From: a virus
Taxonomy: Duplodnaviria > Heunggongvirae > Uroviricota > Caudoviricetes
Virus record (IMG/VR): IMGVR_UViG_3300029068_000003
Reading direction: 5' to 3' (one strand)
Length of the DNA stretch: 37,522 nt
Part shown: piece after piece, positions 1 through 10,146 of the stretch
Layout: the number at the start of each line of letters is the position of its first letter
Position numbering within the stretch: the stretch's first letter is position 1
Program-made: the position numbers and the translations under genes
Notes under the pieces: generated by a model
What the model was told of the DNA's origin: nothing
The model's input: the letters and a program-made list of their open reading frames with translations, nothing else
Databases searched by the model: none

Positions 1-366
1 GATTACAGTATTTGGCATTGCGGCGGACGGCCAGAAGAACGGAACGCCAATAGCTGGAGCACCTTCTCCCAAACCAAGGTTTTCGAGAGCCGTTTTCACC
101 GTGCCATCCGATTTGATATCGCCAAACGGATTCTTGCGGCTTAACAGCAGCGCACGAAGCGCGGTAAGCAGCTGGTCGTGCCGCCCCTTCTCCAGGCTGG
201 CACCGGATGCCTCCACCACGCTGCAAAGCTCCTCCTGCAACATGTCAAAGTAGTCATCATCCAGATCGGTGGCAGGCGTGCCGGTCTGGGGGTTACCACG
301 GGTAAAACCGTTCTTACCCGCGCCGAACTTATCCTTCTGCGCGGTTTTCGTGTCTATACGATGCAT
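1..366 (-). CDS. Side tail fiber protein, N-terminal part (partial; continues beyond window start)
   Basis: Minus-strand frame open across 1..366 from ATG (complement of 364-366); translation begins [43 protein letters not shown]..., resembling conserved N-termini of enterobacterial prophage tail fibers; lies just downstream of the baseplate genes. Not in the ORF track because it is truncated. Confidence 0.6.
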   Translation of the reverse strand, partial: MHRIDTKTAQKDKFGAGKNGFTRGNPQTGTPATDLDDDYFDMLQEELCSVVEASGASLEKGRHDQLLTALRALLLSRKNPFGDIKSDGTVKTALENLGLGEGAPAIGVPFFWPSAAMPNTVI

Positions 367-369
367 GGA

Positions 370-954
370 TTACTCCGGATATTTAAAAATTACGTAGGTA
401 TGCGACGGGCAGAGTTTGTTAAGCACACATTCGACAACTGTGTCGCCCCAGATACGCAGTGCGGAATCACAGGGATCGCCACATGTCATCCAGGTGGTGT
501 TGGTGGCGGCTGGCATGTTGACCTGCCAGTAATACCGCCATTCAGGCGCGTTCACAGCGTCAGTACAGGCCGATGAGCAGGTGAACGTGCTTTTGTCGTA
601 TCGCTTGATGGTGGCATCTGGTCTGCCCAGGGCAGCAAGCTGTGCAAGATAAAAATCCTCGTTGATGCCGCCCGCCAGGTTAACCTTCGCATCCAGCCGT
701 TGCTGACGCTGGCGAAGGGTCTGTGTCCCTGCGGGAATACATTCATCCGGCAGACCGCACAGACGCTCCCAGCGGTTTATCAGTTCAGTGGTGGTGCGCG
801 GATCCAGCTCCCGCATCAGGGCATCCGCACGCTGATGAACGCGGGTTAATGACGGTGCCGCACCGGCAATCGCCGGATCGCTGGCTGACCACGCCGGACC
901 GGGGGGCAACAGTGCTGACAACAGACGGATGTAATCATCGTTTGTCACGTCCAT
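370..954 (-). CDS. Baseplate/tail protein, Mu gp48-like (DUF2313; e14 YmfQ-like)
   Basis: 194 aa ORF with ATG start, directly downstream of the baseplate J-like gene and upstream of the tail fiber; size and position as in Mu-type tails. Confidence 0.55.
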   Translation of the reverse strand: MDVTNDDYIRLLSALLPPGPAWSASDPAIAGAAPSLTRVHQRADALMRELDPRTTTELINRWERLCGLPDECIPAGTQTLRQRQQRLDAKVNLAGGINEDFYLAQLAALGRPDATIKRYDKSTFTCSSACTDAVNAPEWRYYWQVNMPAATNTTWMTCGDPCDSALRIWGDTVVECVLNKLCPSHTYVIFKYPE

Positions 955-2003
955 GAAATCGTCCCCAGTACCGCCAGTTCATTTTTTGCAATGGAGATAT
1001 TGTCTGCCGGTGCAAGCAACTGATGGCTGTATTCCCCGTTCGCACCGGAAATCGCCTCACTGATACGCGATACCTTCAGTTCTCCCTGCGGATAACCATC
1101 ACGCAGCAGGAACGAACGCAACTCCGCGGTGATGGCAGCCCGTATTTCCGGTGTGTCCGGCGTCACACGGATATGAAAATCCACCGTATGTGCCACCGGC
1201 CTGAACACATACAAATCAGAGCCTGCCACCGGGGCCAGTGGCTCGATATGTTGTCTTGCCGCCGTTTCCGTTGATTCTTCCGGAATGGGATTAATCAGGT
1301 CACTGCTGGCAATCATCACACCGACAGTTCCCGTTCCCATCCAGTGACGGTATGTCCATGCGCGGGTAATGCCGGGCACTTCTTTAGCCCAGACAACATA
1401 GTCCCCGTCAGCCCCGCCCTGCGGCGTCCAGTAATACCGCTCAATGACGCGGGCGCGCCACGTTTCCAGCTCTTCAGTATCAAATCCGCCTGTCAGGGTG
1501 TCAGCCACACCGGAAGACGGCAGACCATTCACCGGCGTGACCAGGATTAATGCCGTACCGTCGTCAGCATTACCGACCGCACCTGCACTTGAGCAGGCGA
1601 TCGGCACGCGCAGGACACCACCGGAGCTGGTTGCATCGTCAGTTGTCGTGTACTGCACCAGGTCATCGCGCTGAATAACACTCCCGGCGGTCACCTTCAG
1701 GCCATCGCTGACACCTTCCCAGCGCATATACCCACTGGCAACCGTGGCTCCCTTGCGCGGACACCGTTTCATCGCAGCATGTCGCGCCAGCCAGGACTCA
1801 TCGCACAGGTCAGGCAGCATGTTCATTGCCAGATAATCGATGTAACCGTAAACCGTATGCAGCGCCGCCGCATACACCTTTGCCCGCACGTCTTCATCCA
1901 TGCGCCGGAGCGTGTCGCTGACGTCCAGCCTGGCGAATAAATCGTTACGGAGCATACTGATATTTTCTGCCAGCGTCGGGCGCTGAAATTCACTGTCCGC
2001 CAT
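945..2003 (-). CDS. Baseplate J-like protein (Mu gp47-like)
   Basis: 352 aa ORF, ATG start; position in a Mu-like baseplate gene series; overlaps neighbours by a few nt (coupled). Confidence 0.7.
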   Translation of the reverse strand: MADSEFQRPTLAENISMLRNDLFARLDVSDTLRRMDEDVRAKVYAAALHTVYGYIDYLAMNMLPDLCDESWLARHAAMKRCPRKGATVASGYMRWEGVSDGLKVTAGSVIQRDDLVQYTTTDDATSSGGVLRVPIACSSAGAVGNADDGTALILVTPVNGLPSSGVADTLTGGFDTEELETWRARVIERYYWTPQGGADGDYVVWAKEVPGITRAWTYRHWMGTGTVGVMIASSDLINPIPEESTETAARQHIEPLAPVAGSDLYVFRPVAHTVDFHIRVTPDTPEIRAAITAELRSFLLRDGYPQGELKVSRISEAISGANGEYSHQLLAPADNISIAKNELAVLGTISWT

Positions 2004-2418
2004 GCGTTATCGCACTCCACAGATCATCAAAAGAAATCATTACCGGTCCGTCACGACGCCAGAGGGTGATACTGTTACCCAGTTCATTAATCCCGGTGCG
2101 GCGGATATCCAGATCAATACGGGACACCACGCCGTCATCAATCATCCATTGCAGGCATTCGCGGATATACCCCCTTACCGTCTGCACCAGCTGATTGGTC
2201 AGTTTGCTGCGCTGAAGCAGCCACAGTCGGGAGCCGTAACGGTCATTCTGTACCGCAGACCAGGTATCCCCCCACCATCCCATCGGGACGTCGGCGTTGT
2301 CATCAGGCTCCGCCCGCCGCCAGGTAAACAGGGAAATCACCACGGCGCGGGTCAGCGGATCCAGCGGTGCGCTGGCGCAGGTGCGTTTACCGTTCACCGT
2401 CAGCCACAGTTCCATCAT
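1990..2418 (-). CDS. Baseplate protein, phage GP46 family (Mu gp46-like)
   Basis: 142 aa ORF, ATG start, overlapping junctions with flanking baseplate genes. Confidence 0.55.
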   Translation of the reverse strand: MMELWLTVNGKRTCASAPLDPLTRAVVISLFTWRRAEPDDNADVPMGWWGDTWSAVQNDRYGSRLWLLQRSKLTNQLVQTVRGYIRECLQWMIDDGVVSRIDLDIRRTGINELGNSITLWRRDGPVMISFDDLWSAITHGGQ

Positions 2419-2963
2419 GCCTCCATCGCTTTATCAGGTTTGTCGGTGTTACTGCCCTGACCGTTCTCTCTGTGACGATGCCCGTTATAGGCAAGCCGCA
2501 TCGCTGACATGGTGGTGCCGCCGGAGTCGCACAGGTCTTTCACCTGTCCTGTCACTTCCAGGTCCATTTCAAAACGTGCTTCAGGTGCATTGCGAAACGT
2601 GATCGTTTTACCTGCACCGTCCACCACGATCCCCTCCCGGGTCAGCATCACGGACTGCCCCTGATCGTCATAGACAGCCACCTCACCCGTCTGCAGCCCT
2701 TTCAGGCGGTAGCGCCGGTCCGACACCGTAACAACCACCGCATGAGAACGGTCGCCATCCGGAAACAACACCACCGCTTCCGCACCGCTGTTTGCCCTTG
2801 CGGTAAAACCGTAGGGTTCAAGATGCTCAACCCCGGCTTTGGGTTCACCGGCAATCAGGGACACATCCACGGTCTGACATTTCGTGGCGGCACTGATGCT
2901 TTTCACCACGGCCCGCCCAATCAGGCCGAGGAGTTGTCGCTGCATGGCTTCAATCGTCCTCAT
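2415..2963 (-). CDS. Baseplate assembly protein V / spike (Mu gp45-like)
   Basis: 182 aa ORF, ATG start, between the hub-like gene and the gp46-like gene. Confidence 0.55.
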   Translation of the reverse strand: MRTIEAMQRQLLGLIGRAVVKSISAATKCQTVDVSLIAGEPKAGVEHLEPYGFTARANSGAEAVVLFPDGDRSHAVVVTVSDRRYRLKGLQTGEVAVYDDQGQSVMLTREGIVVDGAGKTITFRNAPEARFEMDLEVTGQVKDLCDSGGTTMSAMRLAYNGHRHRENGQGSNTDKPDKAMEA

Positions 2964-4042
2964 CAGAACGGATCCTCCTGTACTCTGGCTTTTTTCTTTT
3001 TCCGCGCGCCGGGGGCTTCGGGTTCAGGCAGATAAGCATCAGGTGGGCCGACACGGATTTCCGTCAGGGTGCCGTTCTGGTCCTGAGTAAACGTGACTTC
3101 CGAGACAAGCAGTTCGGTATTGTCGAAACCACAGACCGGATCGAAGACAATCACCCGCTGGTTGGGCTGCCACAGCGTACCGTTACCCTGTCGCCAGCCC
3201 TGCACCACATAGGTGGTTTCATCCGTCCGCGCCGCCCGTTGTCGGGCTTCAAAGTCAGCACGCGCAATACAGCCTGCCCCCGTAGCCTGCCCTGTCTGCC
3301 TGATATACATCGGACGGTAACGGGCAATAAATGCATCCTCTGTGCGGGCCCGCAGCGCGGTGGTGGTGGCCTCACCGAAATCATCGTCGTTTCCGGCACG
3401 CTGCCCCGCTACCTGGTAAACTGAAAACCGCTCCCGGATACTCTTCTCCGTATCACAGGAAAGGATGTTTTCCCCAAGTACCAGCGCGGTATGTGCCCGC
3501 GTTGAGCCAATACCACCAATCACCAGCCTGCCGTGCGGGTCGTCATAAGCCAGCGCCTGCTGCTGACCGAGTATTTTGTTGATCACCTCGATCACCGTTT
3601 CACCGTGATCAGGCTGGACATCCGGAATAACACCCGACGGCGCATCGCTGTTCACCACCTCAATGCCGAAAGGCGCAGCAAGCGCCTGCGCAATCTGTAC
3701 CAGCGATCGTCCGTTAAACTGTGTCGGTTCGGCTGCACAGTCAATCAGGTCAGCAGTCAGACTACGTCCGGCAATACCGGTGCTGACCGAACGGGCATCG
3801 TAATGAACGGGGGTCGCCTCCACCCAGCCGGTGATCACCAGCTCATCACCAATCAGCACTTCCACTTTTGAACCATTTTTAATGCGCGGCTGAAGCGTGG
3901 TGATACCCTCATCTCCCGGCCACTGGCGGGTGATCTCCACGCTGAAATCCCGCGCCAGCCGTTCAATACCGGCACCGATGCGCACCGATGTCCAGCCATT
4001 CCACTCCCGGCCATTTACCCGTAGCGTGACATTGTCGTTCAT
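2963..4042 (-). CDS. Baseplate hub / tail protein (Mu gp44, P2 gpD-like)
   Basis: 359 aa ORF, ATG start, directly downstream of the DNA circulation protein gene. Confidence 0.55.
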   Translation of the reverse strand: MNDNVTLRVNGREWNGWTSVRIGAGIERLARDFSVEITRQWPGDEGITTLQPRIKNGSKVEVLIGDELVITGWVEATPVHYDARSVSTGIAGRSLTADLIDCAAEPTQFNGRSLVQIAQALAAPFGIEVVNSDAPSGVIPDVQPDHGETVIEVINKILGQQQALAYDDPHGRLVIGGIGSTRAHTALVLGENILSCDTEKSIRERFSVYQVAGQRAGNDDDFGEATTTALRARTEDAFIARYRPMYIRQTGQATGAGCIARADFEARQRAARTDETTYVVQGWRQGNGTLWQPNQRVIVFDPVCGFDNTELLVSEVTFTQDQNGTLTEIRVGPPDAYLPEPEAPGARKKKKARVQEDPF

Positions 4043-5367
4043 TGCACTGGCACCTTCAGAGGGATCACCGGCACAAAGCCGGGATGCGTAATGGCATTAC
4101 GCCGGATAATGTCCGCGTCACGCGCCGCGTTATCAAACCAGGTCGCCGCCAGCACCAGCGCGGGTAAAACCTCATCCGGCGTGCGCTGAATGATCCGAGC
4201 AGACTGTTCAAGGCGCGTGTTGATATCCGCATTCAGATCTGCTTTCACCCGGCGCAGAGCCAGAAACAGCGCATCACTGGTTGTACGGGACAACTCCTTA
4301 TCAATTGCCGTATTCAGTGTGTCGCGAATGTCGGTCAGTTCTTCCCACGTTGGCAGGTCAACCGTGTTTTTTACCGCCGGTGCATTGTTCAGCACCGGAT
4401 GCGTGACGGCAGGCCAGCCGGAGCTCTGCGCGGGTGTTGTTGACTGCCCCACTGCGGCATTCTGCATCACCGCAGAAGTTGTTGGCGCAGGCAATCGGGT
4501 AACGGCATACGCCGCTTCGCTGATTGCAGTCGTACGAAGGGTGCTGGCAACCATGTTACGCTGCTGCGTCGCTGTGGCGGTGGTTTTACTGTCCGTTTTC
4601 CAGACGCCGCGCGGTTGCAAATCGCTGCCGAGGCTGACACAAGAAAGCGTTTTGATCATGGTGACCAGGTCGCTGGCGTTACCATAAAGGCGTTTCCCGG
4701 TACGCCACATTTTCTGCACCTGCTCAACGAAATTTTTGCCTGACGATGGCGGCGGCAGAAGTACCGAGATATCCCCCTGCAACAGCCTGGCGGCATCCGA
4801 TACGGCAGAATCCACCACTTTCATCGCATCAGAAACATACCCCAGCATTATGCTGGCATTACCGATAACGTCGTTCTGCACGAAATCCGCCACACCATCG
4901 ATACTGAAACCGCTGAAGCTGTCACTGATGCAGTCATCCAGTGCAGAACAGGATGACATCAGCGTCTGCGCCGTCGCCGCACCTGATGTGGGGTAAGAGA
5001 GTTCTCCTGCTTCGACAAACTTCAGGTCAAAGCGGACAATACGCCCTTCACTTTTCGATGTGCTGACCCGAACTTCCCCGTCAACACAGACTTTCAGCTC
5101 ACCATATGTCGGGTGGACAAGCGTGCCGGGACCTGGTTTATTCAGCGCTTCAATCAGGCGATCGCGCTGGTCAAAGCAGTCATCTCCCACCACATAAGCC
5201 GTGATGGACGGGCGAAAAGTGATTTTCCCCAGGTCTTCGGTATAGGGTTTGTCGCGGTTCGGGTATTCATGTGTTTCCACACGGCGACCGGTTCCCGCAC
5301 TTTCTTCTTCAACCTTAAACGGCACGCCGCGAAATGACGCGTCCTGAAGCCTGTCTTTCCACGTCAT
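4039..5367 (-). CDS. DNA circulation protein (Mu gp43/N-like)
   Basis: 442 aa ORF beginning MTWKDRLQDASFRGVPFKVEE, N-terminus typical of the Mu N family; located after the tape measure as in Mu-like tails. Confidence 0.6.
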   Translation of the reverse strand: MTWKDRLQDASFRGVPFKVEEESAGTGRRVETHEYPNRDKPYTEDLGKITFRPSITAYVVGDDCFDQRDRLIEALNKPGPGTLVHPTYGELKVCVDGEVRVSTSKSEGRIVRFDLKFVEAGELSYPTSGAATAQTLMSSCSALDDCISDSFSGFSIDGVADFVQNDVIGNASIMLGYVSDAMKVVDSAVSDAARLLQGDISVLLPPPSSGKNFVEQVQKMWRTGKRLYGNASDLVTMIKTLSCVSLGSDLQPRGVWKTDSKTTATATQQRNMVASTLRTTAISEAAYAVTRLPAPTTSAVMQNAAVGQSTTPAQSSGWPAVTHPVLNNAPAVKNTVDLPTWEELTDIRDTLNTAIDKELSRTTSDALFLALRRVKADLNADINTRLEQSARIIQRTPDEVLPALVLAATWFDNAARDADIIRRNAITHPGFVPVIPLKVPVQ

Positions 5368-5382
5368 ATATACTCCGAAAAT

Positions 5383-5408
5383 TAAAAAGCCACCTATTAG
5401 AAGGTGGC
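5383..5408 (-). terminator. Intrinsic terminator downstream of the moron gene
   Basis: Perfect 7-bp stem gccacct/aggtggc (5389-5395 / 5402-5408) with 6-nt loop, followed on the minus strand by a T-run (plus-strand A-run 5384-5388). Confidence 0.55.
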
Positions 5409-5428
5409 CTTGTAATGAATTTTATTAA

Positions 5429-5959
5429 TTAGCGAGTCAGAAACAACGAATCTTTATACTTTTGCTGTTGTTCATTTAAATACTTAGCTGTTTCATCGCT
5501 GGCAAATGGAAATATTACCGTATTTTTAGGCATGGTAATTTCTTTTTTGTCCAGCGTCAGAGTAAACATAGGAACATACTGAGCAGAGTAACGCACCGCA
5601 GAAACGAGCTCTAGTTTAGACTCTTCAATAACACTTAAATTATCTAGGCTAACTTTCTCTTCATCTTTTTTCTTTGACGCATTTAAAGTTTTTATTACTT
5701 TATTTAATTTCTCCTGAAAATCCTCCTTAAAGTTTTCAGGATTGCCGTCGACAACAAGAATCTGTTCACCCTGATTATCTGGAAAAATAATCTTTGCACT
5801 TATCAATTTATTTTCTTTATAAACATCACCAAGTTTTATGGCTCCTCCAGATAACTGAATAATATGTTCATCTTTAAAGGAGATGTTGCCAGAGATTATG
5901 AGAGATGAAAAAATAGCCGCTGCTCCAAGAATTACACTTGCTGTGATATAGCCTTTCAT
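5429..5959 (-). CDS. Moron-encoded secreted or membrane-anchored protein, function unknown
   Basis: 176 aa ORF, ATG start; N-terminal hydrophobic segment (ILGAAAIFSSLIISG); strongly AT-rich relative to flanking tail genes; own terminator; inserted between DNA circulation and tape measure genes. Confidence 0.55.
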   Translation of the reverse strand: MKGYITASVILGAAAIFSSLIISGNISFKDEHIIQLSGGAIKLGDVYKENKLISAKIIFPDNQGEQILVVDGNPENFKEDFQEKLNKVIKTLNASKKKDEEKVSLDNLSVIEESKLELVSAVRYSAQYVPMFTLTLDKKEITMPKNTVIFPFASDETAKYLNEQQQKYKDSLFLTR

Positions 5960-6050
5960 TTTTCGCCTATTAACATTTTTCTAAATGTGCATTAATTCTA
6001 TCACTCTATTTATGACTTACAACCAGCAATACCTGTGAGGGGAATCCTGG

Positions 6051-7883
6051 CTACCAAAATCGGGTATAGCCAACATCGTGATTTATATCAATGCCACTGG
6101 AGCGTGTTTCCGTAACCCGCATACCTGGTGGCATATTTATAAATGATACCTTGATCTCACCATCAACTTTTGGCGCGGTAGCTTTATTAATCATGAAGGG
6201 ATTCGGACCTGTGGCACCGGAGGCGTTGTTTGCCTGAGCCGGATCCACCTCCGGATAAGGAGTGTATCCCCGTGGCGGTATTCCCGTCCCATAAGCATCA
6301 TAAGCACCCGCGCCCCACTGCGCCGAGTTAATGGCATCGACCGTGTCACCGGAACTGTCGGTAAACCATTCAATAATCGGCTTCAGCTTATCCCACATAT
6401 CCTGAAACCACTTAACAACCGGTCCCCAGTTATTGATCACCATCCCCAGCGGCGACCAGGCAAAAACCTTCTTCAGAAGTTCCCAGCCAGCCTCAAAATA
6501 AGGACTAATGGTTTCCCAGAGCTTCTTAAAATAAGGTCCGACAACATCCCAGTTAGTGATAATTAATCCCGCAGCCAGGGCTATCGCCGTCGCAATCATG
6601 CCAATCGGCGTCATCGACATGATCCTGCTGACGATACTGATGGCACTGCCCACGCCCATCAATCCCAGTTTCAGAATCGCAAGACCGGCAGCAAGCCCGA
6701 CGACGCCGCGAATAACCCGGGGATTTTCATCCGCAAACTTCGTGAATTTTTCCCCTAACTCCCCCAGCCATTGCGTGATATTTTTGGCGTCACCAGAAAA
6801 TGCGCCGCCAATAGCCGCAAGGCCGTTAGTTGCGGTCCCCGTCATTGCCTCCCACAGGTTGGACAGCGTACCAAGCTGGGCCTGAACACGTTTATTCAGG
6901 CTGGCCTGTTTATTCATCTTCTGCTGGATCTGATCGTAACCATCCTTTCCTTTATCGATCAGAGCATTGACCACCTGAAGGGTTTCGGCATCATCACCAA
7001 ATATTGCCTTAAGTACACCGGTTCGCTTAACGTCGGTCAGTTTTCGCAGCTTTGCCAGTTGCCTGAACATGTTATCAAGACCGCCAAAACTCCCTTTGCC
7101 GTCAGTAAAATCGAGCTGTACCCCGAGTTTCTGGCGGGCCATAACTTTATTAACGCCCCTGATTTTCTTAACGCTTAATCCGGACTGGATAACTTTTCGC
7201 AGGGCATTACCTGCCGACTCCCCGTTCATCCCCATCTGATCCATCATGACGCTGATGGGGGCAAGGCTCTGTGCAGCCTGAAGACCGTCCTTGTTCACCA
7301 TCTTCAGAACAGAACTGGTTTTAGTGAAGAAGGACAACATGTTGGTATCGTCAACGCCCAGATAAAACGCCTTCTGGATAGTGTCGAACAGCCCCATCAT
7401 GTCTTCTGACGCCGTTCCGGTAGCATCCTGCATCTTTGCAGCAAACTCAGCAGCCGCTTCCGGTGTTTTTTTCAGTTGTACCGCAAGATAAGCTGTCGCT
7501 TTACCCACACCGCCAAGAATATTTTCTGCCGGGATCCCCTGACGCACCAGCATCTGCATCATGTTCTGGAAATCAGCCGTTGTACCGGGTAGCTGGTTAC
7601 CCAGGCCAATAGCCAGTTTATTGATGTCCTGAAAGCTCTTTCCGACCTCGCCGTTCGCATCCATCATGGCGACTTTCAGCCCGGTGGCGGCGTTTTCCTG
7701 ATCGGCATAAGATTTCAGGGAAAGCGTCAGACCCGCTGCCAGTCCGCCACCAAGCGCCAGCCCACCCTGTGATGCTTCTTCCGCCTGGCGTTTAAATCCC
7801 CGGATTTTCTTTTGCATTTTCGACAGCGCGGGAGAAAGTCTGTCGACACCGGTGATCAACGCCTTAAGCTCAAATTCAGCCAT
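6051..7883 (-). CDS. Tail tape measure protein
   Basis: 610 aa ORF, ATG start, Ala/Gly/Leu-rich with hydrophobic stretches; between tail chaperone and baseplate genes. Confidence 0.7.
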   Translation of the reverse strand: MAEFELKALITGVDRLSPALSKMQKKIRGFKRQAEEASQGGLALGGGLAAGLTLSLKSYADQENAATGLKVAMMDANGEVGKSFQDINKLAIGLGNQLPGTTADFQNMMQMLVRQGIPAENILGGVGKATAYLAVQLKKTPEAAAEFAAKMQDATGTASEDMMGLFDTIQKAFYLGVDDTNMLSFFTKTSSVLKMVNKDGLQAAQSLAPISVMMDQMGMNGESAGNALRKVIQSGLSVKKIRGVNKVMARQKLGVQLDFTDGKGSFGGLDNMFRQLAKLRKLTDVKRTGVLKAIFGDDAETLQVVNALIDKGKDGYDQIQQKMNKQASLNKRVQAQLGTLSNLWEAMTGTATNGLAAIGGAFSGDAKNITQWLGELGEKFTKFADENPRVIRGVVGLAAGLAILKLGLMGVGSAISIVSRIMSMTPIGMIATAIALAAGLIITNWDVVGPYFKKLWETISPYFEAGWELLKKVFAWSPLGMVINNWGPVVKWFQDMWDKLKPIIEWFTDSSGDTVDAINSAQWGAGAYDAYGTGIPPRGYTPYPEVDPAQANNASGATGPNPFMINKATAPKVDGEIKVSFINMPPGMRVTETRSSGIDINHDVGYTRFW

Positions 7884-8058
7884 GTGTGCGTTTCTCCTGC
7901 TCTATCCTGTTTGCCTGACTGACCAGCAAGGGAATTTCACTGATCGGCATATTCAGCAATTCGAAGGGATTAATGCGCCAGTAACTGGCGCAGTCAAAGA
8001 AGCGATCAGTGAGGTATTCAGCCGTCAGGCCTGGAGGAAAAAACCAGCCACAAGCCAC
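7876..8058 (-). CDS. -1 frame extension of the tail assembly chaperone (G/GT-like programmed frameshift product, C-terminal part)
   Basis: ORF in the -1 frame relative to 8025..8294, overlapping its 3' end; slippery heptamer U UUU UUC on the mRNA (complement of 8037-8043) sits in the overlap; the ORF-track start is GTG, not an independent ATG. Confidence 0.5.
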   Translation of the reverse strand: MACGWFFPPGLTAEYLTDRFFDCASYWRINPFELLNMPISEIPLLVSQANRIEQEKRTHG

Positions 8059-8294
8059 GCCGCAGCATTCAGGTCTGCCGGAGACATCTGGTCGACAGAG
8101 TTTTGCGGCACTTTCGCCAGCCGCACAATGTATTTCGATACCACATGCGCCAGAAGTCTGACTGACTCATCCTGATTCATCTGGTAGGGATACCCCAGCT
8201 CGCGGACATCTTTCCCGGTGGGCTCATCAAACTCCAGTACGGAGAGTGTCTCGCCATGAGCAGTAATCGGTTTCTTTAACTCAAGCTCTTTCAT
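8025..8294 (-). CDS. Tail assembly chaperone (Mu gp41-like)
   Basis: 89 aa ORF, ATG start, between tail tube and tape measure; carries the slippery site near its 3' end. Confidence 0.55.
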   Translation of the reverse strand: MKELELKKPITAHGETLSVLEFDEPTGKDVRELGYPYQMNQDESVRLLAHVVSKYIVRLAKVPQNSVDQMSPADLNAAAWLVAGFFLQA

Positions 8295-8650
8295 TACTGG
8301 TAATCCCCTTCTTCACCGTGGAACTCAAGATCAACCGTGCCTTCTTCGGCATTATGGTTCGCTTCGCCGTGCAGCCAGGCAGACGACAGTACATAGACCT
8401 GACCGTTCGCCAGCTCGGCAGTGATGGTCATCTCATCAGACGAGGTGATTTTGCTCACCGGAAAATTCTTCGGCACCTTGAAGGTCCCTTTGACATAGGG
8501 CGCACGGTGAGTTTCCTTGCGGTCCACTGAACCGTCCAGGCCGATGATGTCATCATTGACCGTCCTGTTCATGGGCACCTCAATGCCGCCGGTCAGCGAT
8601 AGCTGCTGACCGTCAATTTTGAAATAACAGGTTCCCCCGATACGGGCCAT
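8294..8650 (-). CDS. Tail tube protein
   Basis: 118 aa ORF, ATG start, immediately downstream of the sheath gene. Confidence 0.6.
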   Translation of the reverse strand: MARIGGTCYFKIDGQQLSLTGGIEVPMNRTVNDDIIGLDGSVDRKETHRAPYVKGTFKVPKNFPVSKITSSDEMTITAELANGQVYVLSSAWLHGEANHNAEEGTVDLEFHGEEGDYQ

Positions 8651-10146
8651 TATGCAGACTCCTCTGAATACTGAAGACGGAACTGGTTAACCACGGCAAA
8701 GACACGCAACTGGTTAACATAGTCAGGCGGGAACAGCGTGTTCAGGCGGTTCGGATCGCTGGCATCACGCTCCACAACCAGGTACTGCTTAAACAGTTCG
8801 TAGTTTTCCACGATCCCCGCACGCTCAAGCTGACGGTAGGTTGCCAGCAGTTCCCCTTTGATCACCGCCGGGGTGACAATCGCCTGACCGGGACCAAAGC
8901 GGGTACCGTCACTGGCAAGCTTGTGACGCCCGTACTTACTGGTAATGACGGATTTCAGTTTGCGCAGTACATACGCGCTGGTATGCAGCGTCTCACTGTC
9001 GAGGTAGCTGTTATCCGCAACCCCGTAAGCGTTTTTCCTGTACGTGGTGACATCACGCTGAATGCGCAGTACCCCGCTTTCGACATACGCCGTTGCCACG
9101 CCATGAGACAGCAGGGTCTGTTGTTCGGTCATCGTGAACCGTTTCCCCTTCGGCGCAGGCAGCATACCCACCAGCTCACCGGTCTGCGTGGGACGTGCCG
9201 GATCGTTGCGAATAAACACCGCTGCGCGGGCGGTACGGCTTGCCGCCAGTTCGTCGGCAGGCGTCTGGGTCTCTTTTTCGTACCCCGCCAGGGTAATGTG
9301 CTGCTGGTTAAACTGGTCACCTGCGGTCACCAGTTCTGACAGCGTGCCGATCTTTGCCGTATACACATGACCATACAGCTGACGCGCATAGCTCCAGCGA
9401 CCGCTGGTATCGTTCATCTCGGTCACCAGCGTGTTAACGGAGGCCGTGTCGTTGAACGGCAGGCCGATATAATCAAACGGCTCATCCGCCATTGCAGCCA
9501 CCGCGCCGGTGAGAACCGGAGCACCCGTTCCGGCGGTACCCGTCGCCACGGCAATCTGTACGCCCGCTGGCAGCACTTCGCCCCCACCAAAGCCGTAGTA
9601 ATTGAGGCTGACAGGAATTTCATTCCCGCAAAGCCCCTTATGACGCGCGGTCAGTGTGACCACACCTGCCGAAGATGAAGCCGTAAACGGCAGGGCCGGA
9701 ACGGCATTGATGGCATCCTGGATACTGCCGGCAATCGTCGTGACGTTATCGCCGTTGGTCACCGGAGCCTGCACGCGGGTACGTCCCACATAGACATTCA
9801 CCGTGCCGCTTTCGGTTGCTTCCCCGGTCACCGTCAGCGTAACCGTTGCCGCCGCGCCTGTGGCTTCCGGAACGGCAATCACATACAGCTCACCAAACGG
9901 GTCGGTCTGGCGATAAGCCTCGACCATACGCGCCAGCTGACTTCCCGCACCACAAATCTGGCGTGCATAGTCTGCCGACGGCATCAGCACCAGACTGTTG
10001 GCAACAATCTCTGCACCGTTATTGGCATGACCAATCAGCAGCGATGCTCCGCTGTCCTGTGCAGTATTCGCAGCCTGGTTATCCATTTCCGCATAAAACA
10101 GCGGAACCAGCGTATTCGACGGAATGGTGTTAAAGCTTATCGTCAT
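8650..10146 (-). CDS. Tail sheath protein (contractile tail)
   Basis: 498 aa ORF, ATG start, sheath-tube-chaperone-tape measure order. Confidence 0.75.
   Translation of the reverse strand: MTISFNTIPSNTLVPLFYAEMDNQAANTAQDSGASLLIGHANNGAEIVANSLVLMPSADYARQICGAGSQLARMVEAYRQTDPFGELYVIAVPEATGAAATVTLTVTGEATESGTVNVYVGRTRVQAPVTNGDNVTTIAGSIQDAINAVPALPFTASSSAGVVTLTARHKGLCGNEIPVSLNYYGFGGGEVLPAGVQIAVATGTAGTGAPVLTGAVAAMADEPFDYIGLPFNDTASVNTLVTEMNDTSGRWSYARQLYGHVYTAKIGTLSELVTAGDQFNQQHITLAGYEKETQTPADELAASRTARAAVFIRNDPARPTQTGELVGMLPAPKGKRFTMTEQQTLLSHGVATAYVESGVLRIQRDVTTYRKNAYGVADNSYLDSETLHTSAYVLRKLKSVITSKYGRHKLASDGTRFGPGQAIVTPAVIKGELLATYRQLERAGIVENYELFKQYLVVERDASDPNRLNTLFPPDYVNQLRVFAVVNQFRLQYSEESA

Noticed and set aside
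6556-7178. Plus-strand ORFs of 109 and 135 aa
   Set aside because: Antisense within the tape measure gene; no independent signals
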